Assembly (NCBI GenBank): GCA_015680685.1
Contig: MNCI01000556.1
Location: forward strand, 1,003,931 to 1,067,930
DNA length: 64,000 nucleotides
Direction: 5' to 3'
From: Gnetum montanum
Lineage: Eukaryota > Plantae > Gnetophyta
Part shown: positions 1 to 10,559 of the stretch, piece by piece
How the letters are laid out: each line of letters begins with the position of its first letter
How positions within the stretch are numbered: position 1 is the first letter of the stretch
Translations under genes and position numbers: made by a program
The notes under the pieces: generated by a model
Databases searched by the model: none
Told to the model about the DNA's origin: nothing
Seen by the model: the letters and a program-made list of their open reading frames with translations, nothing else

Positions 1-1467
1 CTATCATGACCAACTCTCCTTTCATGGTGATGAGGTCTAATTGGGCTTTAGTGAAATCACTAGGAATGTCAAACAAGATAGTCATTACTTGGCCTATCCC
101 TAGTAGTTAATCAAACACATCCTCATGCATCATAGGAGTCATTGAAGCCTCGACTAACACTTGCACATCTATGGTTCCTATTAGATCTATTGGAGGCACA
201 AAAAGCATGTTAAATGATTCTTTAATATGATTTTTGATTACCTTTTCTACACCTATTGTATCCTCATGTTGTATTACCATAACTATGGCACCTTCACTAG
301 TTTTGAGTGTTACTTGGAAGGACGTGGCATTCCTAGAGATTTTTCATGATCATTAGGATCCTTCTCCTCCTAACTATAGTGAGATGTCCTCTCATGTTAG
401 GTTGGCTGACACTGTTAGCTGTACATCATCATCCATGAATAAAAATAGGTTGGACTCATCCTTGCTTCCCCAATTGACTACTCAGTCTCACATAGTATTT
501 CTGTTTATGGCTCTACTTCCTTGTCTACTTCTTGTTCTTCATCAAGATCCTTTCTTAGTGCTGTAGATTTTAGGAGATCAGTGAAGGAGGCATTCTAAGC
601 CTTCCTGGGGATATCATTTGTATATCTTAGGATTCTAGCATGCTTGCACAGCCTTCTAATTAAGTAGGGAAATGGAAGTGTTGGTCTCCCTAACTTTGAT
701 TCTTCAAACCGTCATTGGATTTAAGTGAAATAAAACTAGGGAAGATTGGCCACAAATTTACCCATTAAACTGACACTTCCCCTAGCCACATAAGTTGAAA
801 TTAAATTAAGAAATTTTGTGGGAAATAGGTGGTAAGTCCTAATCTTGAAATAGGTTCTCTCTTCCAGAGTCATTTCATTATACATCTTATCCTCCTTGCA
901 TTATGCCCATCTTAGCTGCAATTTCTTGATCTCAGGGTTGGATCTAGTTGAGAGATGAGCAACATTAGCTCCTTCATTTGGTAGGTTGAGAGTCATAGTA
1001 ATCACTTTGATAGAATAAGATACATTCACTCTATAGATCTTAATAGTGGTGCCCTTGTCTTTATTATGCTAGAACTAATGAGTTTCACCTAAGTACCATT
1101 CGCCACTATTTGACAGAATGGGCCATAGTGGGGATGCCTTAAGTTGCATCCAAACCACTTCTGAAGAAAACTCTATGAATGGACTAAGATTCATTTCCAT
1201 GATTATTGAAGCCAACATGGACTTTTCTAAAGTGATAGCAAGGTAATCAAAAGGCAACGTGAGATGTTGTCCCTACTTAGGAGCCTATGGTTCTATAGCC
1301 TTCTCTTGCACCAATTGTCTAGTAGTAAGAGCCTCTTGGTGAATGTTGAAGGATTGGTCTTCCTACTCTACATGTTTTGCATGTTTTCCTTGCTAACCTT
1401 GGCCACCTCATGGATTCTTAGCAGCTCTTTGTGATGGTTCACCTTGAGCATCTCTTTTTGGATCCAT
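1..1467 (-). pseudogene. Element A extra (env-like) ORF remnant, ATHILA ORF-1 / Transposase_32-like domain
   Basis: Starts CAG|ATG GAT CCA (MDPKRDAQGEPSQ). Manual translation gives KIYRVNVSYSIKVITMTLNLPNEG and GKFVANLP*FYFT*IQ*R...LPFPYLIRRLC (~640-770), homologous to the element B extra ORF. Many stops. Confidence 0.7.
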
Positions 1468-3479
1468 CTGCAATCAAGCAAAGATAAAGTGTTACCAAGG
1501 TTATATTTGGTATCATTAATTTATACCTTACTCATAACCTTAGTTCATTAATTTCATAATGCATATGATCATAGAGTTAGAAGAATTCTCAAGAACAATC
1601 CCCAAAAGGTTTTTATCTCCTTTGATGATCCTTTAAAATTGGTTCCTTTTCCTTATATATAACTTATAATGATGGTTATGGACCCATGGGCTGGAAAAAT
1701 TGGATTTCTAGCATTAACGTGAGTGATTTTTCATTATAACTCCTAAATTTTTTAATATTCTTACCCTTCTAATACATTCTATGTGATAGAAAATTTCAGC
1801 AATTTAGTGCAAGTTTCACATGCAAGCACCCCCCATGACTAAGTCATACACTTTGAGTTTAGATGGATCCAAAAGGCATAGAAATTGGAGTAGTAGAGAG
1901 CAAAATATCAGAAGTGGAAGATGAGTGTGCAACGTTCTAAGTCACAAGAGAAAATATGAACAACTCCCCTAGTAGCAAATGATGAAAATGAATTTGAACT
2001 ACTACAAGGATTGTAAATATACACTTTATGTGACCCAACGTTGGGTACATGATGTCATCTCAGGCTCAACATCAGGTATAGGATGTCGAGGTCAAAAAAT
2101 TTTCACTGAATGGGGTAAATAAGCATGAAAAATAAAGATCTATGATTGGTTTGAAGGTTTGAAGTTATGTCCATGATTCTAGGATAAGTGAAAAATCAAT
2201 TTGATGCATTGAAAATGTGATAAGGTGAAGTCATTGATAAGAAAAGTAATAGAATGAGTAAGAAAAAGGCATTGAAATTAAGGTTGTGTGGCAGATCAAT
2301 TACATGATAAGGGAAATGATAAAATGCAACAATTTGAGTGCTTGGAATGTGAAAAATGATGTGGTTGTATTAAACAAGTACAAGTCACAAAAGTGACACA
2401 AGTGAATACTCCCCAAAGTAGGCTCTAGCCTATGATACCCTTGTGTAACCACACCTAAAAATCGCTATAGGCACTATAAGGGTTGAATGCAATGCATACT
2501 TGTGAAACAAAAAACACATGTTAAAACTACCAAATTGAGATAATAACACTATGTTACATAGAACCACAAGTTATGATCACATGAACAATGAGATGGGATG
2601 GATCATAGAAAGGATTGTAGAAGTTGGAACATGAGGTGCCTCACCATGGTAACAATGAAACCTTATGTGTTATTAATGATGAAATAATCATGAGTTCTTC
2701 TATCCAAGATTCAAACCAAGTCCAAACCACATTTAAGTGACATTGCATCATTTCATCATGTCAGTAGACAACCATAAGATAATCAAAGTTGTAAGGAGTA
2801 ACATCACTTAGTGTTTTGTTCAAGGGAGGAGCTTTATTATGGCACACTTATTATATATATATATCTCTTTTGATGATGAGAAGCTACCAACCTTCAAGCA
2901 TGGGTACACATCTTTCTAGTGGGACCTGCAAAATTTTATTTAGTGCCATTTTAGAATATTATTACTTCCATTTTTTGTTAGATCTACAAGGACATGGTTA
3001 CAACCTCAGCAACATGATAGAACATATATAAGTGACCAAAGAGAATCCAAAAATCTCCTTGATTTCATACCTTTTATATTGCAGCTTGGTTCTACACTCT
3101 TCTATTTGGACATAATGATTATGAAGTTATTTTTTAGGTTGGATGATGAAAAAGGCTATCATTCTGACCAGAGCAAGAACCTCTTATTAATGGAATGAGT
3201 GGATGGATGTTGTGGTCTCAATATCTAAATAATCAATCCCTTATGACTTGATAACATAGAGAGAACCTCATCTAAATGGGTAACATGATCATTTTATTCA
3301 CATGCAAGATTACTCAACAAAGAATATGAAAACAACAACTATAAAAAATTATAAGAAATAGGAAAAATTGGATCAAGAAATAGGAAAATGACAAAAAATT
3401 GCAGAAAAAAAAAGATGAAAAGCACTTAAGAATCCTAAAGGTTAGACAGCAGGGTGCCCCCCATGACTAAACATTTGGT

Positions 3480-5960
3480 TGGGACAAGGATTAACAAGTG
3501 GATAACTAGGATCCATGCATGTATGAAACATTGGTACCTATCCATACCCTAGCCACTAGGTGTCTATTGGTGGTGTGTTGGGTAGATAGAAAAATTGTTT
3601 TTCACACACTTTATCATTATATGTATGGTGGGTTAGGGTATGAAGTGTGTTAATATTATGGATGTCTGACCAATGATTGCACCCTTAATCATGATATGGT
3701 ATGCATGGATTTATTTATCTCCTCATTATTGTAGATACATTGATTGGATTTGGGATTGGAGTACTGATGGATGGTGGCCCATATGTATGGTAAGAGGATG
3801 TTGGTTGAGATAAGGAAGGTGGTGCACCAGATTGGCCTTGTGTTGGCTCAAATGATATGGTGGATCCATGTGTGGTCTCCTTGGGCTTATGGCCTTTCTT
3901 TCAGAAGGGACATTTTTAACGTTACAATTAGAACCCACTGGTGTCATCATGTCTATGCACATTTGCAACACAATTGGCACTCTTTTGTTGGCATTGTGGT
4001 GCGAAACTTTCTTGTGTTGCTAGTGGTGGCATATAAGAAGGTGGAGAATGAGAATATCGAGGGTAGGATAGATGGTAAGAGGCATGAAGTGGTGATCCTT
4101 TAGGGGATTTCATAGATTGATGGTACTTGGGAGAGTGCTAGTGGCGATTTGAAGTAGAGGGTGTAGAACTTGTTTGAGAAATAGAATGTTGAACATAATA
4201 TCCTTGTAGTTTTGGTAGATATGGCTAATTTGGTGGTGGTCTTCCCCATGACTATGTTTTTGCCACTGTGGTTGATGACCATGTTGAGGCTAGTAATGGA
4301 TCCCCCTAGGATGGTATGATTGATTGTGGGACTATCTATAATTACCTTATGGAAGAGGAAATCTCCTGGGCATGTGCTTCTATACAAAGTTTGGATTTAA
4401 GGTACCTACCCAACACTCTTGTAGATGTAGGAAGACTAGGCAATGACTCTTCAAATGGTCATATATGTAAATATCACATCCATTATCTTCATCTGTGGTT
4501 GAGTCTATAGCCTCACTTTATTTATCCACCTTTCTCATTTGCCAAAAAATGTTCCTAACTATTTCTTGGTTCTGTATCATTTGCTTAGTATGATTGCCTA
4601 GCTTATTTTGCATGATCCTCTCCTCAATCGTATAAATGAGAGTTGAAGAATTTTCATATATCCATTTGGAAATCCTATTAAACTTTACTTTAAGTTTATC
4701 AATATTCTGTATTGGTAAGGTTTGTTGTGGAATCACTGTATTGAAAGTGGTTTCATTCTCCTTACCATAGATGTGGACCTCCTTCTATTGAAGAGTTGGA
4801 TGCCATTGATATTTCTCGACATTCTCCCATTTGCATATCTCTCCTTATTCTTTTGCCACATGTTGGATTAGCTCTTTGATTTGATGAACATGGAGCTCAT
4901 ATAATTGACCTAAGGCATACATCCCAAGGGTATCCCTCATATCATTACAAAGCCCATCTATAATGTGGAAACGTTGCCTTTCCTTAGAGAAACCATGGCC
5001 TGGGCATCTATTCAATAAGTCTTAATATCTATCTAAGGTCATGTCCAATGGTACATGTTGTTCTTGCTTCCTCTCTTGGATCTTTCTCCTCAGATTGAAC
5101 ACTCTTTCATAAGTTGGTATTTCTCATTGAAAAGATCCAACATTGTAGACCATCATTGGATTGAATTTGGTTTCAATGATCTATACCACACTTTGGCTCT
5201 ATCAATTAGTGTCCTAGGGAAGAGCTTAAGATTTTACCACCCACTTTCAATGTTGTAGAAAGAACAAGCATCATGGAAGGCTTGTAAATGATGTTGTGGA
5301 TCTAAATCATAACCTTCTACAAATTTAGGAATAGTATTCATGTCAAGCTTAGGTAGATGACTCTTTTTACAATGCCCGCTAGATATCTTTGCTATCTTTG
5401 TGATTTGCATTAGGCTCTTAGTGACCAATAGAGGTTCATCATCATCAAAAAAAATTGTGAGGGAAATGTCTATCTCTATTCATTTGATCATGATGATGTT
5501 GTCTTTGACCTTTTCCATGGGTCTGATTTTGGTTTTTAATTCAACCCTTTAGTGGAGCTGTATCTATATACCTACATTCATCTTCATCAGAACTAGACAT
5601 TGAAGGGAAAGATGAAGATGAGGAATTGGAAGAATTTCCATGGCTTCTATGGTGTTCCCCAGGGTCCCTTAATTTATCATTTCTTGGTTCCAAGGAGGTC
5701 TTAGGCCTTGAGGCCTTTCCTTGTTTAGGACTCATGCCATCTCCTCCAAGATTTTCTACCTTAGGTGAATGTGGTCTTGAGTGTCATTAATGTGGTCATG
5801 ATCATAAGAAACCCCTTCGTAAGGTTGGTCACTTCAATTTTCTTCATCATATATCTCATTAGTTCTCCAATGAATTTGTTTGCTATATAGTGCATTGTCA
5901 CTTTTATGTAAGAGAGACATTGTTGTTGGTTTATGATGTGTGTGAGCTAATATTTCTTGA
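3480..5960 (-). pseudogene. Element A gag remnant
   Basis: ORF fragments 5234-5428 and 4518-4736, an S-rich tract (5541-5735) and a P/Q/Y-rich C-terminal region, colinear with element C gag. Confidence 0.75.
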
Positions 5961-6025
5961 AATATATATCATTAATGCCATTTTATAGTGATCATATATA
6001 ATATAACTAATCTAGATAACTAGCG

Positions 6026-6047
6026 CCATCCCTAACAATGCCACCAA
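6026..6047 (-). other. Primer-binding site of element A (decayed tRNA-Asp type)
   Basis: Minus strand reads TTGGTGGCATTGTTAGGGATGG directly after the LTR end; resembles the Athila PBS TGGCGCCGTTGCCGGGGAT with C>T/G>A decay. Confidence 0.6.
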
Positions 6048-7281
6048 TGATTAGTTGTGAGTTATCCCCTATACTCAACCATACGAATCACAAGCATTCA
6101 TGCATGATCTTGTCAAATTCCATGGATGGGACTAGTTTTGGCATCTAGATCATTATGCTTTGATTGTAATTCATTGTCTTCCCACTTGGACTAGTGGTAG
6201 CTTTATCATGTATGGTTTAGTCCAAAGTGAGGTGTATGATGTTGTCTCTAATTATATGCTACTATTGATGATGATAAAAAGGTAGATTAATTGAGCTAAT
6301 GGATGATGTAAATTAATTGAGCCAATGCAATGAGTATCCACTCTTAATCATCTGCATACATCTTGGACTTCATGAGACTACTTCTAAGATTTCCAAGCAT
6401 ACATCACTAGGTGTGCCAAATAATACACCTTTGGATTACCAAGTATCTACACTTAAACACTCATGATTAAGGTGTACACATTTTGCTTAATAATAGAAAT
6501 AGTAAATATCAATCAATGGAAATATTTTAACTAAATAAAGTAATAAATAATTAACAATTAAAAGAAATAATAATATAAGTGGATGCTATAATGATGGGAG
6601 TGATCTCGATCTTTATTGCCATTCATGTAATGTGTTCAAGTATGTCACATTTGAATAAAGGTGCCACATGATTACAAACATCACACTATGGACATGCACT
6701 AGGAATAAAAAAACTTTAAGAAAGACTACAAGAAAATAAAAACTAAAACTAAAACCCAAGTGCTATATTTATAGGCAAGCCTAGAGGAGATGATGTCGGA
6801 TATTCGATGTCACTTCTTAGCTCCAACATCAGGGCCTAAGAAATGATGAATCATCCATTATGATGGTAAAAATATCTTGAAAAGATTACAAAAGGTGGAA
6901 AAAGTGCAAATTCCATCAAGTGGAGTTTAAAAATGGCTAAAAGAGGCAAAAATAGCTGAAAACAGGTCACTTACTATAAATAGTAAGGTTATTGTCAAAG
7001 GGGGTATACCTCCTTACTAAAGATGGTAAAGGATGGGATCAACCCCATCAACAATAGGCTTCCTAGATATAAAATAAAGTTCAAAAATGATAAAAATGGT
7101 CAAAACAAGTCACTTACTATAAATGGTAACTAGGTGTCAAAGGGGATATACCCCTTTACCAAAAATGGAAATGTGAAAAGGTTGTAACAAACTTCACCCA
7201 CGTTGGCTTCCTAGCTAGCCTCCATGTTGGGTGAAATAGGGGGAAAACAAGGGGATGAGATAAAGGGATCTCACACCTTCA
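6048..7281 (-). repeat. 5' LTR of element A
   Basis: TGATTAGTTGTGAGTTATCCCCTATACTCAACCATACG at 6048 is the reverse complement of the family LTR end. TATA (GCCTATAAATA on minus) at ~6765-6777. ~143-bp internal duplication (~6940-7030 / ~7085-7170) carrying TTACTATAAATAGTAA. Tentative 5' terminus TGAAGG at 7281. Confidence 0.6.
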
Positions 7282-7289
7282 TATTATAA

Positions 7290-8625
7290 CATTGGTGAAT
7301 GGGGTTTACTTTTGGTAAGTATTGTTTTAGTTGAAAAACCAAAGTGGAAACTTTGATTTTTACAAAGGTGACATTTTTATTTTTTTGAAATTGGCAACAT
7401 TGACCCTACTAGAAAAAATTCACAACAAGGAGTTTGGGTAATCCAAGAGGGGTAACACCCTAGCCAATGGGGGGTGTGGATGACACTTCCTAGCTGAGGA
7501 GGGGAATGACACTTCCTAGCTGAGGGGGGTAACACCCTTCCTAGGTAAGGGGGCCTATGACACTTCCTAGCTAGCTTTAAAAATTCCTAGCAACTACTAT
7601 GAAATTTTTACCAAGATCCAAACACCTACACTGGGAGGTATGATACCCATGCTGGCTTTAGAAAATTTCTAGTAACTATTGCACATTTTATCAAAGCCCA
7701 AACACCCACACTAGAGGCTTGGTGGTAGAAGAAAAAGGGTCGAAAAATGGAAAATTAATTTAGGCAAAGAACTTGGGCAGAGGCCCTCCTTCTAACACCA
7801 AGGAACTGTAGCAATGGAAAATATCAACCATTAGAAAACTAGGGTTTCTTAGCTACAAACAACCTCAATGCTGAGTTCCTAGGACCTCCAAGAAAAAATG
7901 GGATTCAAGATGCCTTGGATGGTCTAGTAGATTATTTAGGAACTTAGGGGGTTGCAAATGGGATTGTAAAAGAAGAAAAAATTGTAGATCTAAAACCCCA
8001 AATGAATAAAAATTGCACAGAAAATGAAACCATAAACTTTATTAATTAAATAAAGAATGAGTTTAGGAATGTGTACAAAAGTGCTCATAGGAGAGCAAAG
8101 AGGAGTTCAGTTGGGTAGGGGTTCCAAGTAATTTTGAAGAAGATAGAATCCACTCCATGATTTGGATGCTCAACCACTCTTGATGTTGTTGAACCTCCTC
8201 TACTACTACTCAAAATCTACAACATTTGTCACTACTAGGATTAAGAAATGTGAAGGATTAGGGTAGCCAAAATGCTCCACACTAACATTTGGTGATCCCA
8301 AAGGGGGTAAAATTGAGACTTCAAGCTTACAAATCCTAAAGGAGGTAATAGGGATAATAGGGCTTCAATGGTTCTACACTGGTAGGTCACAAAAAGCTAT
8401 TTTTCTACTAGGAAGCAAGATCTCTTTTATGTTAAAAATGCAAAAATTCTCAAAATGCAAAGTATGCACAACTGCCAAGAGTGCCTCACCTAAAAATGGT
8501 ACTTCAGATTGGTTTATATAGGATTTTGGCCTTAATTTTTGCTACAAATTGGCTACAAATTTTGGCTACATTTCAATTGGGGTAGGTGCCAAAATTTAGG
8601 GTGTTATCATATATAGTAAGTATCA
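7290..8625 (-). repeat. Probable additional LTR or LTR fragment with internal short tandem repeats
   Basis: Own minus-strand TATA (~8513-8522) and AATAAA (~8037-8042). GACACTTCCTAGCTGAGG repeats at ~7480-7575 and a ~78-bp duplication at ~7575-7720. PPT-like family motif abuts at 8626-8640. Confidence 0.4.
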
Positions 8626-8799
8626 TACACCCATGACCAATTTGTTTCCCAAAAATTGTAATGGGGGTGCACCTTCTATGCTGGCTTCACTCCTACATTG
8701 GTTTTTCTTCGTCTATGCTAGATCTGCAAGGCCCTTGCTAGAGTTTATGTCAAAATCTTGGCCATGTTGCTTCTATGCTGGGGAGGAGGAGGCGAATGA

Positions 8800-10057
8800 A
8801 TGATCAATGCTAGGTGTGAAGGTCAAACCCCTCCAAGCTAAGTTAACCCCCCTTTTATGTTGGGGGTGGGTGAGATGCATCCCCTTACACTTATCTACAT
8901 TGGCTTTGATGTCTCTACATTCAAATTAGATGGCCCACACCCCTCCATGTTGGGTTATCCCCCTACAAAAGTTTGCTAGCATAGAAAAGTGTATACCACC
9001 CCCCCCCCCCCCCCCCCATAAAACCTATCAAATTATCATTTTTAGCATTCCAAAAGGCATTTTTGACACCCCCAAGCCCAAATACTAACACTAGGTAACT
9101 CTTTTTACTTGGAGAATAAGGTGTTGGTGACTTATTAGGCATTTGTTTTCAACCCCAAAAGTATAAAGTATTTGAGATCACGCTCCATGGATTATAACCT
9201 TTACATTTACAATGAAGTTTTGCCTTAGGTTTCATGGGATTTGGTTACAAAGGTTACAACATGCTAATTTGGTGGTGTTTCAAGTACATCAATGGTAATG
9301 TATTCATTGCCTATATAAATGCAAACATCACTCGCATTTATGTTACCTTCATTTTTAGCCTTTGTTAAATTCTTATAGTTTCTTTCTTCAAGAGTTAATA
9401 AATTTTTTTCTTTAAGTGCATGCAACATAGACTTATGAGATTGTATAGTATTTTATTTGAGTGCCTATATACCTAGACACATTTGCATGGATGGTAATAA
9501 AATTGAGATTTCCTACATTCATCATAACACTTAGAGTAGCTTAATTCTACTTTTCATCACTTTACATTAGATGAAATTTACTTCCCTATTCTTAATTAAC
9601 TAATATTATTAATTATACAACATGTGATTACAACTATTTCAAGCATAATATATTAATGCTTTGTAATCCCAGTAGTGAACACTTGGTAACCAATCAGCAT
9701 TAATGTAGGTGTAGGATATATACATCAAATGTGAATGGATACTTCCATTAGGATAGTCAATTAACAAAAGAGTTAATTATTTCATTAATTTAATTCTCAA
9801 ATATTCATTCAATCATCTCGCAAATAAAAGAAAAATAATAAAAAATATAAAAATAAATATCTTATGCATCAACCACACTTAACCATATGCAAATTTTAAC
9901 ATAAGTATTGATTACAAAGATAACAACTTATAACTACACAATTCACTATTTAGGAATATCGGCAACTTAGATAACTAAGTTCATGGAATTCATCCAAATG
10001 ATGTTTCAATGCTTGTGATTCATATGGTTGGGCATAGGGACTACCCACTGCTCATTA
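8800..10057 (+). repeat. LTR (solo or truncated) of the Athila-like family
   Basis: Ends ...CATATGGTTGGGCATAGGGACTACCCACTGCTCATTA (10057), matching element C LTR ends. GTAATCCCAG and CTTGGTAACC blocks at ~9660-9690; TATA at ~9310. Left boundary not resolved. Confidence 0.7.
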
Positions 10058-10559
10058 ATAATGATAAGCATCTTAGCACTTGGTTATCCAAGACATATTA
10101 CTATTCTAAGTCCATAAAATTCAACCAAGTTTTGCATGAACAAATATGGGGGGATGTTAGACCTCGAAAAAAAATTTCTATTGATATTAACAGTGTATCA
10201 ATTACAGTAATTTGAACAAGTCATAGGGTTAAGGGGAAGGGGGAAGCTGAGAGCACTATGCAAGAAACTCAGGACCTGCCTTATAAAAAAACAAGTGTTA
10301 AGGGAGAAAGCCCAAATTGGGGCACCACCAAACGACCACCCATGCTGACTCGTTACAAGATAGAAGGACAAAGAATTAGATAAGGAATAAAAAAAGCTCT
10401 CAATTAAGGATAGAGATGCATGAACAAATATGATTCGTATGGCTTGGTATACAGTTACTTTGCTATTTAAAAGCTTTGATATTTTTAGTTTTTCTAAAAG
10501 TTGGGAAGATGTTGGTTTTGGAGTTCTTGATTTATTAAATTTATTTTAACAAACAAAAG

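Larger units (their letters stand above)
1..7281 (-). mobile_element. Element A: degenerate Athila-like Ty3/gypsy LTR retrotransposon, non-autonomous (5' LTR, PBS, gag, no pol, extra ORF); runs off left edge
   Basis: gag peptide LDMNTIPKFVEGYDLDPQHHLQAFHDAC (5234-5428) matches element C gag (LDMNDIPLFEGG...QNHLQAFHDAC, ~23750-23850). Shares non-coding blocks with B and C (CAAGCATGGGT at ~2895, CTCCCCAAAGTAGGC at ~2410, CCCCCCATGACTAA at 1829-1842 and 3457-3470). LTR end and PBS at 6026-6090. Right boundary uncertain. Confidence 0.8.

Noticed and set aside
2428-2455. TGATACC + TGTAAC resembling a tRNA-Met PBS next to an LTR end
   Set aside because: The flank aligns with the conserved Athila non-coding block in B (~19410-19450) and C (~30120-30180), so it is internal sequence of element A.
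7450-7720. CRISPR-like repeat/spacer pattern (GACACTTCCTAGCTGAGG...)
   Set aside because: Degenerate repeats with short, related spacers inside LTR-like DNA; eukaryotic context and no cas genes.
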